Source: Fidelibacterota bacterium
Lineage (GTDB): Bacteria; Fidelibacterota; UBA2242
Direction of reading: 5' to 3'
NCBI GenBank assembly: GCA_049975265.1
Contig: JBNGDF010000003.1
Location: 66,995-130,994, forward strand
Length of the DNA: 64,000 bases
Numbering within the stretch: the stretch's first letter is position 1; each line of letters begins with the position of its first letter. Shown here one piece after another: positions 19,537-29,404 of this stretch. A model generated the notes under the pieces. That model searched no databases and was not told where the DNA came from. It saw nothing but the letters and a program-made list of their open reading frames with translations. The translations under genes were made by a program, and so were the position numbers.

Positions 19537-20319
19537 CTATGAACGTCTCTCCTTGACCACAATTTGTTTGTTCCAGCGAAGATCAAGATATTGATAATCG
19601 CTTAAATCGCGCTTTCCGTTCAATCTGTTTTGAAAATTTGCCAATATACTTAGCTGCACCGGCAGATCACCATTGCCGAGATATATGGGAGTTCCGCTTT
19701 TCACGGTGTATAAAATAAAATGACCGTCATCCCAGTAATTGATTTCCGAGATTTCGGCATAGAGTTCCGGTGCCGAGCGGAGTGTTGCATACACAATTTT
19801 CACCAGCTCCTGCAGTTTCCGGTTGGGCAGATAATAGCCGGGAAAATAATCCAGAGAATCATTTTCAAAACCGGATATTACCGGCAGATTTGTACCCAGC
19901 GGTTGATTGGGAATCGGCAGTACAATTCCTTCGGCATCGACGAGAAAGAGCTCCCTGTGGTGGATGTAGCAAATTGGTATTCGCTCTCTGATGAGGATAT
20001 TTACCCGGCTGGGATAGGCTCTGCTGACTGTTGCGGCTTTGATATAAGGATTTTGTTCGAGTCTGGCCTGAATGTCCGCCGGATTCACTGTCTGAATATT
20101 GGTATCCGGATCAATGCCGGCAATTTCGAGAATATCACCTTCTGTTAAAATTGAGATTCCCTGAACATGAACGGCGCTTATATTGAAGAAACCAACATAA
20201 TCGCACCAGGTGTGGGCACCGTAAATAAGGAAAACCAGTCCGCTGAAGACCATCAGTCCGCCCAGGAAACGCAGGATACGTTTCAATAATGGATGTTCAG
20301 TCTTTTCGTTTGCATTCAT
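19537..20319 (-). CDS. ftsQ: Cell division protein FtsQ/DivIB
   Basis: N-terminal TM, POTRA (NPYIKAATVSRAYP...IRERIP), C-terminal YLDLRW. Position in dcw. Confidence 0.92.
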   Translation of the reverse strand: MNANEKTEHPLLKRILRFLGGLMVFSGLVFLIYGAHTWCDYVGFFNISAVHVQGISILTEGDILEIAGIDPDTNIQTVNPADIQARLEQNPYIKAATVSRAYPSRVNILIRERIPICYIHHRELFLVDAEGIVLPIPNQPLGTNLPVISGFENDSLDYFPGYYLPNRKLQELVKIVYATLRSAPELYAEISEINYWDDGHFILYTVKSGTPIYLGNGDLPVQLSILANFQNRLNGKRDLSDYQYLDLRWNKQIVVKERRS

Positions 20320-20486
20320 AGGGTAAAATGTTTCTCAACAGGCAGATCAGGGCTCTCAACATAAACCATACGGATATCCCTTCGATTATCCGAACAGCAG
20401 AGCCAGCGATCATTGTGGTTGCCCCCCGAAAAGACCGAGAACCCTGAATTATACCTGTCTGTTTTTACGGCGTTGCGTTTATTCAC
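20316..20486 (-). CDS. Putative 56-aa ORF between murC and ftsQ
   Basis: Not in the ORF track. GTG start overlaps the murC end and TGA overlaps the ftsQ ATG. No recognisable motif. Confidence 0.3.
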   Translation of the reverse strand: MNKRNAVKTDRYNSGFSVFSGGNHNDRWLCCSDNRRDIRMVYVESPDLPVEKHFTL

Positions 20487-21858
20487 TGCCAATTAATTCC
20501 TTTTTAATTGCCTTTAAAAGAGTGTTTACATTTCCGGCTCCCAGAGTAATGATCATATCACCGGATTTAAAAATTGATTTCACCAAATCCGGTACTTCAC
20601 CGGGTTCACGAATGTAATGGACATTCAGAATGCCCCTGGTTCGCAAAACACCTTCAATCAGCTGACCGGAGACACCGGGAATCGGTTTTTCACGGGCGGG
20701 ATATACATCGAGGATCACTATTATATCGGCATGCTCCAGCTCTTCGGCGAAACGGGTATACAGTTTTTGTGTCCGACTGTAGAGATGTGGTTGAAAAATG
20801 GCGATCACCCGCCGTTTCCACCCCAGACGAGCGGCATTCAGGGTGGCTCTGATTTCGCCGGGATGGTGGGCGTAATCATCAACCAGCATCAGCTCATCGC
20901 TCTGATAGACAATCTCAAAACGTCTCCGGACGCCCTTAAATGTAGCGACCGCCTTTTGAATGGTTTCCCAGGTGATCCTGTATTCCAGAGAGATCAGAAT
21001 TGCCGCCAGACAGTTTTGCACATTATGGTGACCGGGGAGCGGCAGACTGATCGTGCCCAGTTTGTCATCGTATTGATAGACGTCGAAGGTGCTGTGAGAC
21101 TGTTGCAGGACAATATTTTTTGCCTGCAAATCGGCGGCTCCTTTTGTGGAACAGGTGAGCAGAGGAGCGGTGATGTCGGGCAAAATTTCTTTCACATGCT
21201 CATCGTCTTCATTAACCACTACTTTACCGTAAAAGGGAGTCCGGTTGGCGAATTTGATGAATGTCGATTTCAGATTATTCAGATCGCCGTAGATTTCAAG
21301 GTGTTCCTCATCGATAGTGGTAATTACGACGTGGGTGGGATAGAGCTGCAGGAAAGACTGATCATATTCGTCGGCTTCCACAATAATGGTATCACCGTCG
21401 CCGATGCGGAGATTGGAATTCAAATTCTGAATAACCCCACCGGAAAGGATTAGTGGATCACCACCGGATTCGGTGAAAAAATGACCGATCAGCGAGGTGG
21501 TGGTGGTTTTACCGTGAGTGCCAGAAACTGCCACGCTGTTGGGGCGGATGCGGAGTATTTCAGCGAGCATTTTTGCCCGTTTGACGGTGGGAATGCCGAG
21601 CCGGTGGGCTTTTTGCAATTCGGGGTTATCCGCTGTCACGGCAGAGGTATATACCACCGCGTCAACATCTTTCAGGTTTTTAGGGTGGTGCCCGATAAAA
21701 ATTCGGATTCCGCTTTTTTCAAGCCGCAAAATATTGTCGGAATAGCTGATATCGGACCCGCTGATGGTGAATCCCCAATGACGTAAGAGCTCCGCCAGTC
21801 CGCTCATACCGATGCCACCGATCCCGATAAAATGGATTTTTTTCAGGTTACCGAACAT
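20479..21858 (-). CDS. murC: UDP-N-acetylmuramate--L-alanine ligase
   Basis: HFIGIGGIGMSG, GTHGKTTT, EADEYD, GVRRRF, DDYAHHP, FQPHLYSRT. Confidence 0.98.
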   Translation of the reverse strand: MFGNLKKIHFIGIGGIGMSGLAELLRHWGFTISGSDISYSDNILRLEKSGIRIFIGHHPKNLKDVDAVVYTSAVTADNPELQKAHRLGIPTVKRAKMLAEILRIRPNSVAVSGTHGKTTTTSLIGHFFTESGGDPLILSGGVIQNLNSNLRIGDGDTIIVEADEYDQSFLQLYPTHVVITTIDEEHLEIYGDLNNLKSTFIKFANRTPFYGKVVVNEDDEHVKEILPDITAPLLTCSTKGAADLQAKNIVLQQSHSTFDVYQYDDKLGTISLPLPGHHNVQNCLAAILISLEYRITWETIQKAVATFKGVRRRFEIVYQSDELMLVDDYAHHPGEIRATLNAARLGWKRRVIAIFQPHLYSRTQKLYTRFAEELEHADIIVILDVYPAREKPIPGVSGQLIEGVLRTRGILNVHYIREPGEVPDLVKSIFKSGDMIITLGAGNVNTLLKAIKKELIGSE

Positions 21859-22990
21859 GGCTCTCCACTGTTTTTAAGATGTCGTCCACGATCAGTTTGG
21901 CTGAATCCGCCCGTGCGAGGCGTCGGGCATTTTGCCCCATCTGTTCCAGTTTTGCCCGGTTTTCAATAATTTCCTGAAGAGAAATTTCCAGCAGCTCCGA
22001 ATTCAGGTTCTTCTGCAGGATGACAATGGATGCACCCTCTTTTTCCATGATCCGGGCATTAATCTCCTGATGGTTTCCTGCAGCAGTAGGGAGCGGAATC
22101 AGGATAGACGGTTTTCCATACAGACAGAGTTCAGCGACCGTGAGTGCACCGGCGCGACTTATAATGATATCGGAAGCGGAGTAGGCGATGCCCATTTCAT
22201 GAATAAAGGGGGTAACATAGACCAGCGGATTTTCGGCGAATCGATACCTGATTTCTTCAAAGTCATGCTGTCCGGTCTGCCAGATAAACTGACAATGTGA
22301 TCTCGCGGTGAAATCATCCAGATGCCTTTTCCAGTAGTTGTTAATCGCCCGGGACCCCTGACTCCCGCCAAAAATAAATACCGTGGTTCGTTCACTCTGC
22401 AATTCGAAAAAACGAGTTCCCTGTTCTCTGGAAACCGTTTCAAGCGACCGTCGCAAAGGTGTGCCGTAGCAGACGATGTTATTAATGTACTCTCTGGTAT
22501 CTTCGAAGGAGGAGTAAATCCTGCGTGCACGTCTGCTGAGCATGCGCGTTGTTTTGCCGGGGAAGACGTTCTGTTCGTGAAGGAAAACCGGCACCTTTAG
22601 CATAGCGGCGATTCGCAGCGGTGGTCCCGAAGTATACCCGCCGGTGCCGATTGCCAAATCCGGATCGAAGCGCCGGATTAAAAAATAAGACTGGATCAAG
22701 GCGACCAGCAGACGTAAGGGGAAAAGCAGGTTCACCAGAATATCGCGAGGTGAGAAGCCGCGCTGAAAACCGCGAATCCAGATTTTTCGGAAAGAGTAAT
22801 CCAGATTCGGCAGGACCGAGGATTCGAGCCCCCGTTCTGTTCCGATGAAGAGGAACTCGAATTTCAGATCCTCACTGCTGCGGGTTTTGAATTCCTCCAT
22901 CAGAGCAATAGCCGGGAAAAGGTGCCCGCCGGTACCGCCACCGGCAACCAGGATTCTTACAATTTGTTGTTTTTCGCTTGCTTTAACCAT
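21848..22990 (-). CDS. murG: Undecaprenyldiphospho-muramoylpentapeptide GlcNAc transferase
   Basis: GGGTGGHLFP, HEQN, GGSQGS, SRAGALT, HQEINA. Confidence 0.98.
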   Translation of the reverse strand: MVKASEKQQIVRILVAGGGTGGHLFPAIALMEEFKTRSSEDLKFEFLFIGTERGLESSVLPNLDYSFRKIWIRGFQRGFSPRDILVNLLFPLRLLVALIQSYFLIRRFDPDLAIGTGGYTSGPPLRIAAMLKVPVFLHEQNVFPGKTTRMLSRRARRIYSSFEDTREYINNIVCYGTPLRRSLETVSREQGTRFFELQSERTTVFIFGGSQGSRAINNYWKRHLDDFTARSHCQFIWQTGQHDFEEIRYRFAENPLVYVTPFIHEMGIAYSASDIIISRAGALTVAELCLYGKPSILIPLPTAAGNHQEINARIMEKEGASIVILQKNLNSELLEISLQEIIENRAKLEQMGQNARRLARADSAKLIVDDILKTVESHVR

Positions 22991-24116
22991 GGATTGTTAC
23001 CAATCTGAGAGGTTTTTCTTTTGGTATCATCGTTTTGGAAATATTGAGCAAAATGCCGATACAGGCAAAATTGTAGAGCATTGCGGAACCACCGTAGCTC
23101 AGAAACGGCAGTGGCAAACCGGTCACCGGCAGGATTCCCGTGACCACACCGGTATTTGCAAGAACGTAGGCGAACATACTCAGCGAAAAACCGATTCCCG
23201 CCAGATTTCCGAAAATGGTTGTTGATCGCAAGGATATCTGAATTCCGCGGATAAACAATGCCAAAAACAGGATCAGCAGAATCAGCGTACCAATAAAGCC
23301 AAACTCCTCACCGGCAATGGAAAATACGAAATCGGTATGCGGCTCCGGCAGAAACAAATTTTTCTCCACGCTGCCTGCCAATCCACGCCCCCAGAATCCA
23401 CCGTTTCCAAGCGTAATCAGGGACTGGTTAATCTGATATCCGGCACCCTGCAGGTCTACCTCACTGCTGAAAGCGCTCAGAATGCGTTTCATCTTGTAGG
23501 GTGACCGGATAACGGTAATGATTGAAAATATTAAAAATAACGCCGCAAATGGGGAAAGATATATCAGTTTTATTCCGGCAATGATCATAATCAGAATGCC
23601 GATAAATGCAATCACGGCACCGGTGCTGAAATCGGGTTCTACGATAATTAAAATCATCGTGATGGTCATGATGAGCGCCGGTGGAAGAAAACCCCTTTTG
23701 AAATCACCGATTTCCTTCTGATGGCGGTCGAAAAAGGAGGCAAGATACACTATCAGGGCAAATTTCGCCAATTCAGACGGCTGGAAGCGGAAAGGTCCCA
23801 GGGATAACCACCGCGCTGTCGCAGAATTGCCGGTTCGGTTCAGGATCAGTGTTAAAATCAACAATAGCAATGCCAACAGGACCAGCCAGAAAGCGACGTT
23901 TTTTAAATATCTGTAATCCAGTCTCAGAAAGAAGACACCGACCAGAAAACCGGCGATTAAGCGGATAAAATGACCGCGCATATAATACCCCGGATCGTTG
24001 AACTTAGCCGCTGCTAGGGAAGAACTGGCACTGTACTGAATGACGAATCCGATGCCGATTAACAGGATGGTTACGATAAAGAAAAACTGGTCGATGGATT
24101 GATGATATGTTTTCAT
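22983..24116 (-). CDS. ftsW: Peptidoglycan glycosyltransferase FtsW (SEDS)
   Basis: FQPSELAK, EPDFST, LPEPHTDF, LPVTGLPLPFLSYGGS. Confidence 0.97.
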   Translation of the reverse strand: MKTYHQSIDQFFFIVTILLIGIGFVIQYSASSSLAAAKFNDPGYYMRGHFIRLIAGFLVGVFFLRLDYRYLKNVAFWLVLLALLLLILTLILNRTGNSATARWLSLGPFRFQPSELAKFALIVYLASFFDRHQKEIGDFKRGFLPPALIMTITMILIIVEPDFSTGAVIAFIGILIMIIAGIKLIYLSPFAALFLIFSIITVIRSPYKMKRILSAFSSEVDLQGAGYQINQSLITLGNGGFWGRGLAGSVEKNLFLPEPHTDFVFSIAGEEFGFIGTLILLILFLALFIRGIQISLRSTTIFGNLAGIGFSLSMFAYVLANTGVVTGILPVTGLPLPFLSYGGSAMLYNFACIGILLNISKTMIPKEKPLRLVTIHG

Positions 24117-25501
24117 GTCCCTTTTTCTGTCAATGCCGTAACGATCTCTTTAAAAACCCGACCACGGTGTTCATAATTTTCAAACATATCAAAGCTGGCA
24201 CAGGCGGGTGCAAGCAGGACAATCTCGCCGGCTCCGGCAAGTTGTGCTGCACTTTCTACCGCTTCCTGCATTGAAACGGCTCGACTGCAGGCGATGGTGT
24301 CTCGTATAACCGTCTCGATCTTCGCCGCCGCTTCTCCGATCAGAATAGCGTGCTTTGCGTGTTTTTTCAATTCAGGCAGCAGGAGTGAAAAATCCGAATC
24401 CTTATCCCGTCCGCCCAGAATAACGATGACCGGTTTGGCAAAGCTGGTTAATGCGTATTTGACGGCGTCAACATTGGTTGCTTTTGAATCGTTATAGTAA
24501 TCGACGCCGGCGACGGTGCGGACATATTCGAGACGGTGCTCGATTCCCCTGAACCGGCGCAGTGTGCCGATAACCTGTTCTTCTGGAAGTGTATAGTGCT
24601 CGGCGGCGTTCAGGGCTGCCAGAATGTCGAGGAGATTGTGGGTGCCCGGCAATTGGATTTCGTTTCTGGCAATCAGTTTGCGCTGGTCGGCGGTGAAAAC
24701 GGCTTCCCGGTTTACGGTGAAGTGCATTTCTGGTAGATAATTCAGACCGAAAGGACGTTTTTCAGGACGCTTTGGCAGATTGGTTTTCAGTAATTTGTCA
24801 TCGGAAAAATAGATGTAGAGATCGGATTCCGTCTGGTTTTTACAGATGTTCAGTTTCGCCTGCAGGTAACGGTTGATATTGTGGTCATACCGGTCCATGT
24901 GGTCGTCACTAACATTGAGAATAATGGCAATGTCGGGTTGAAAATGTACGATACGTTCTAGTTGAAAACTGCTGACCTCCAGGATAAACAGTTTGGGTTT
25001 GCCGCTGTCTGCATGTGATTGCGGGATCAGAGCGGAAAAGGGCGTTCCGATATTGCCGCCGCAATAGACATCGTATTGACTGTTTTTAAACATCTCGTGG
25101 AGCAGAGTCGTCGTGGTGGTTTTGCCATTGGAACCGGTTACCGCAATAATGCCGGCATCGGGCATCAACCAGTATGCTGCTTCGATCTCACTGATTATTG
25201 GAATGCCCGCCTCCTCCATCTGCCGAACTACCGGCACATTTGCCGGGATACCCGGACTGATGATGACCAGGTCTGCCTGCAAAACCTGTGGGCTGTGTTT
25301 CCCGAACTCGGTTTTTATATTCAGTGACTGAAAGGTTTGTAACTGCGGCGCGGTAAAATTCATTGGATTGATGTCGGACAGCAGCACCTCGGCACCGGCA
25401 TGCGCCAACAGTTCGGCGACGGCGGTACCGCTCCTGCGGGCACCCAGCACGCTAATTTTTTTACCCGAAATATCCATCGGTAAATGTGATAAATCCATCA
25501 T
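24113..25501 (-). CDS. murD: UDP-MurNAc-L-Ala--D-glutamate ligase
   Basis: TGSNGKTTT, GGNIG, EVSSFQL, DHMDRY, NDSKATN, LAPACASFD. Confidence 0.98.
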   Translation of the reverse strand: MMDLSHLPMDISGKKISVLGARRSGTAVAELLAHAGAEVLLSDINPMNFTAPQLQTFQSLNIKTEFGKHSPQVLQADLVIISPGIPANVPVVRQMEEAGIPIISEIEAAYWLMPDAGIIAVTGSNGKTTTTTLLHEMFKNSQYDVYCGGNIGTPFSALIPQSHADSGKPKLFILEVSSFQLERIVHFQPDIAIILNVSDDHMDRYDHNINRYLQAKLNICKNQTESDLYIYFSDDKLLKTNLPKRPEKRPFGLNYLPEMHFTVNREAVFTADQRKLIARNEIQLPGTHNLLDILAALNAAEHYTLPEEQVIGTLRRFRGIEHRLEYVRTVAGVDYYNDSKATNVDAVKYALTSFAKPVIVILGGRDKDSDFSLLLPELKKHAKHAILIGEAAAKIETVIRDTIACSRAVSMQEAVESAAQLAGAGEIVLLAPACASFDMFENYEHRGRVFKEIVTALTEKGT

Positions 25502-26601
25502 AGTATCTTGAAGCTGCTCAGGCTCAAAACTGCCAGTAAGATTCCGATAATCCAGAAGCGGATGACAATTTTGCTCTCAGCCCAACCTTTCATTTCAAAA
25601 TGGTGATGCAGGGGCGCCATCAGAAAAATCCGTTTGCCTGTGCCGGTCTTGTGCCGGGTATATTTAAAATAACCGACCTGGAGCAACACCGAAGCGGTCT
25701 CAGCGACGAAGATACCGCCCAGCAGGACAAACAGCAACTCTTTTTTCAGCAAAATGGCGATGGTCCAAAGAGCCGTTCCCATGGAAAGGGAACCGGTGTC
25801 TCCCATAAAAACCTGCGCCGGTTTGCTGTTATACCACAGAAATCCGAGAATTCCACCAGTGAACGCTGCGCAGAAAACCGTAAGTTCGCCACTACCCGGC
25901 AGGTAAATTGTATTTAAATAGTGACTGAAGTCCGTGCGCCCTGTTATGTAGGAAATGACCGCAAACGCCAGCGCCGCGATTCCCATTAAGCCGGATGCCA
26001 GACCGTCGAGACCGTCGGTGAGATTGACGGAATTCGAGCCGGCTGTCAGCACAAACACGACAAAGGGGATATAGAGAAGCCCCAGATTAATTTCCCGATT
26101 TTTAAAGAAAGGAACCGAGGTTAATCCGCGGACCGCCTCAAATTCCGGTGCGAAGTAAAGATAGCAACCGATAAAAAGTCCCAATCCGATCTGACCGCAT
26201 AATTTATAGCGGGCGATCAGCCCCTTTTTGTATTTTTTTATCACTTTCAAATAATCGTCTAAAAATCCGATACCACCCATCCACAGCGTGGCGACGACCG
26301 CAAGGACGATGTAAATATTTTTCAGATTTGCCCACAACAGGACCGGAATGATGACAGCAATCAGGATTATAATGCCGCCCATCGTCGGTGTCCCTTTTTT
26401 GGAGAGGTGTGACGCCGGTCCGTCTTCGCGGATGATTTCGCCGATCTGGTTCCTTTGCAAAACTTTCAATATATAGGGACCGACGATAAAGCTGATTAAT
26501 AGCGCTGTAATCGCCGCCATGGCAGAGCGGATAGTGATATACTGAAACAGGTTAAAACCGCTGAAATATTTTTTTAATGGTACAAGGAGGTGGTAAAACA
26601 T
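25498..26601 (-). CDS. mraY: Phospho-MurNAc-pentapeptide transferase
   Basis: KKGTPTMGG, GFLDDY, NLTDGLDGL, VFMGDTGS, MAPLHHHFE. Confidence 0.98.
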   Translation of the reverse strand: MFYHLLVPLKKYFSGFNLFQYITIRSAMAAITALLISFIVGPYILKVLQRNQIGEIIREDGPASHLSKKGTPTMGGIIILIAVIIPVLLWANLKNIYIVLAVVATLWMGGIGFLDDYLKVIKKYKKGLIARYKLCGQIGLGLFIGCYLYFAPEFEAVRGLTSVPFFKNREINLGLLYIPFVVFVLTAGSNSVNLTDGLDGLASGLMGIAALAFAVISYITGRTDFSHYLNTIYLPGSGELTVFCAAFTGGILGFLWYNSKPAQVFMGDTGSLSMGTALWTIAILLKKELLFVLLGGIFVAETASVLLQVGYFKYTRHKTGTGKRIFLMAPLHHHFEMKGWAESKIVIRFWIIGILLAVLSLSSFKIL

Positions 26602-27954
26602 TTAACTCATTAATCCTTCTATGATATCTTCCAGTTGATTCCCCCGCGACCCCTTGACCAGAACTGTATCGTCGGATTTAATCTCTTTTTGCAGTGCTTC
26701 CAGCAGGTTGTCTTTCGTACTGAAATGTCGGGACGGGGGTCCACCGGCAGCCTGGATGGCGGCGTGGGTAATTTCGGTTAGCATTCCGTAAAGGTAGACC
26801 CTGTCAATCGGTGATTCGGCGATCAGTTGCCCGATATCCCGGTGGCATGGATTAGACAGTGAGCCCAATTCAAACATATCACCAAACACCAGTATTCGAC
26901 GACCGGGTAGCCTCATAGAGACAAACGTGTCAATCGCCGCCCGGGTACTGTCTGGATTGGCGTTGTAGGCATCATTGATGATCCGGCAATGGGGTGTCCT
27001 GATCATATTGAACCGCTGCTGTACCGGTGTGAAGGATGCCAGACCTGTGATGATGTCATCGGGTCTCACGTCGAAATACAGACCGACAGCCGCAGCGGCG
27101 AGGGCATTTTGCGCCATGACTTTTCCGGGAGTCTTCAATTCAATGCGGATATCCCCATTGATATTCAGGGTAGCGCAACCGTTTTCATCGAACCGGATAA
27201 TTTTACCAGTATAATCGGCATGTTCAGTTTCCATACCGTATGTGACCTGATGACAGCGGGGATTCATTCCTCGGATATATTCGTCGTTCAGATTGATAAA
27301 CCCGGTATCGTCGGTCTTCAGGGCGTCGAACAGCTCCCGCTTAGCCCGTGCCACACCGGCTTTCGACCCGAAAAATTCGGTGTGACCGTAGCCGATATTG
27401 GTAATCAGACCGGCATTCGGTTTAGCCAATTGGCATAGCAAGGCAATTTCGCCGAAATGATTGGTACCGAACTCCAGGAGACTGAAAGTGTGATCAGCCG
27501 TCAATGTCAGCAGCGACAGCGGTACTCCCAGTTGATTGTTCAGATTGCCGGCAGTGGTGTGCAAATTGAATTTTTTTGCGAGAATTGCCGCACACATTGC
27601 CCGGGTGGTGGTCTTTCCATTGGTACCGGTGATTGCCAGCATGGGGATTTGGAACTGATTGCGCCAGACCTGCGCCAGCTTCTGCAGCGCGGTTTCCGGA
27701 GATTCTGTGATCCATAACGGCAAATGCTGATGAGGATTATGCCGTGTCCATTCTATGGAAACGACACACAATACGGCACCGCTACTCAGCGCCTGACGGA
27801 TGAAGCGATGACCATCGGTTTTTTCACCAGGTAACGCTACGAAAATCGAATTATCGGAAACCCGGCGACTGTCGATGACCACATTGGTGGCGGTCGAATA
27901 GAAATTGATCAATTCTCCATATCCGGTTTGACGAATAATATCAGCGGTGATCAT
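26602..27954 (-). CDS. murF: UDP-MurNAc-tripeptide--D-Ala-D-Ala ligase
   Basis: TGTNGKTTT, GNLNNQLGVP, NDAYNANP, GDMFELG, VKGSRG. Confidence 0.97.
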   Translation of the reverse strand: MITADIIRQTGYGELINFYSTATNVVIDSRRVSDNSIFVALPGEKTDGHRFIRQALSSGAVLCVVSIEWTRHNPHQHLPLWITESPETALQKLAQVWRNQFQIPMLAITGTNGKTTTRAMCAAILAKKFNLHTTAGNLNNQLGVPLSLLTLTADHTFSLLEFGTNHFGEIALLCQLAKPNAGLITNIGYGHTEFFGSKAGVARAKRELFDALKTDDTGFINLNDEYIRGMNPRCHQVTYGMETEHADYTGKIIRFDENGCATLNINGDIRIELKTPGKVMAQNALAAAAVGLYFDVRPDDIITGLASFTPVQQRFNMIRTPHCRIINDAYNANPDSTRAAIDTFVSMRLPGRRILVFGDMFELGSLSNPCHRDIGQLIAESPIDRVYLYGMLTEITHAAIQAAGGPPSRHFSTKDNLLEALQKEIKSDDTVLVKGSRGNQLEDIIEGLMS

Positions 27955-29404
27955 TGATACACTCTTCTACGATTTCCACGTCACTGAAAGGGTACTTCGC
28001 ACCTTTTATCTCCTGGTAATTCTCATGTCCCTTGCCAAGAATAGCAATTATATCTTCGGGAGATGCCGTCTGAATGGCGGAACGAATCGCTTCTTTCCGG
28101 TTGATGATCACTTCATAGTGAAAATCCGTCGGGAAGCCGGCGAGGGCGTCTCTGATAATATCTTCGGGCTTTTCATCGCGCGGATTATCCGTTGTGATAA
28201 TGACGGAGTCCGAGTGGGTTGCCGCCGCTGCCGCCATTTGCGGGCGCTTGCTCTTGTCCCGGTTGCCTCCGCAGCCGAATACGGTGATTAATGTGCCTTC
28301 CGGAGGAACAAGATTGCGCAGAGCGGTCAACACGTTGATAATTGCGTCCGGTGTATGGGCATAGTCCACGAATATGCGCGGTGCGCCCGGCTTTGTAATT
28401 TCCTGAACCCGACCGGGGATATACTCTACCCGGCTGAGGGCGGTGGAGATGTGCTCAGGGGATAGTCCGGCGCAAATAGCGGCTCCGGCGGCAGCCAGAA
28501 TATTGCTGAGATTAAAGTAGCCGGAGAGTTTTGCATTCACCGGAATCTGTCCGTTCTTATATAGAATTTTGCCGGATATTCCGCTGCGGAACTGGACATC
28601 AGCATCCCAGCTGAAATCTGCGAGCTTCTTTTTGATTCCGTAGGTATAGAGCGGAGCATTCCCGGTCTGATTGAAATCTCGGGAATGCGGGTCATCGATA
28701 TTGGAAAGACGAAAACCCCTAGAGTGAATTGCATGAAAAAGACGGATTTTGGCGGCGACGTAGTGAGTCATATCGCCGTAGAAGTCCAGATGATCCTGAG
28801 ATATGTTAGTAAATACACCGCCCAGAAAGTCGATCGTATCTACCCGATTCAACGACAGTGCATGGGCGGATACCTCCATAGCAACATATTCAACATCCGC
28901 TGTCGACATTTCGGTTAGGATTTGCTGTAGTTGGATCGAATCGGGGGTTGTCAAATTCAGCAGCCGGTAGTGATCGTTGATGGAATAGCCCAGTGTTCCG
29001 ATTGTTCCTCTCGATTTGCGGGCGGATTTAAATATTTGATTCAGGAGATATACGGTGGTGGTTTTCCCATTGGTGCCGGTCACACCGATAATTTTCAGAC
29101 GGCGCGAGGGATGATTGTAAAAATTGGCAGCGATCTGTGACAAAGCAGCCCGACTATCCGCGACGATTATTTGAGGAACGGGAAGATTTTCTGTGACCGT
29201 TTCTGCGACGACAGCGGCGGCATGGTTGCGGACGGCTTCCGGGATAAACCGGTGACCATCGGTCCGGGAACCGCGCAGTGCAAAGAACAGGTCGCCTTCC
29301 TGAACCTCTTTGGAATTCAACTGCAGTGAACGGATGGTCTCAGGCAGTGCACCATGGAGGGTATAGCGGATTCCTTCCAGAATTTTGGTGGTCGCTTTAT
29401 TCAA
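27941..29404 (-). CDS. murE: UDP-MurNAc-dipeptide--meso-DAP ligase
   Basis: TGTNGKTT, TTPD, MEVSAH, DHLDFY, DYAHTPD, GCGGNRD, GKGHE. The DNPR motif indicates meso-DAP specificity. Confidence 0.97.
   Translation of the reverse strand: MNKATTKILEGIRYTLHGALPETIRSLQLNSKEVQEGDLFFALRGSRTDGHRFIPEAVRNHAAAVVAETVTENLPVPQIIVADSRAALSQIAANFYNHPSRRLKIIGVTGTNGKTTTVYLLNQIFKSARKSRGTIGTLGYSINDHYRLLNLTTPDSIQLQQILTEMSTADVEYVAMEVSAHALSLNRVDTIDFLGGVFTNISQDHLDFYGDMTHYVAAKIRLFHAIHSRGFRLSNIDDPHSRDFNQTGNAPLYTYGIKKKLADFSWDADVQFRSGISGKILYKNGQIPVNAKLSGYFNLSNILAAAGAAICAGLSPEHISTALSRVEYIPGRVQEITKPGAPRIFVDYAHTPDAIINVLTALRNLVPPEGTLITVFGCGGNRDKSKRPQMAAAAATHSDSVIITTDNPRDEKPEDIIRDALAGFPTDFHYEVIINRKEAIRSAIQTASPEDIIAILGKGHENYQEIKGAKYPFSDVEIVEECINDHR

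Noticed and set aside
20617-21453. 278-aa ORF antisense to murC, and similar long antisense ORFs at 34750-35553, 43381-43989 and 57774-58544
   Set aside because: They overlap well-supported genes on the opposite strand and have no recognisable motifs.
25765-25767. Trp in MraY where Gly is usual (GSLSMGTALW)
   Set aside because: TGG versus GGG is a single-base difference. A real substitution cannot be told from a sequencing error, and the catalytic motifs are intact.
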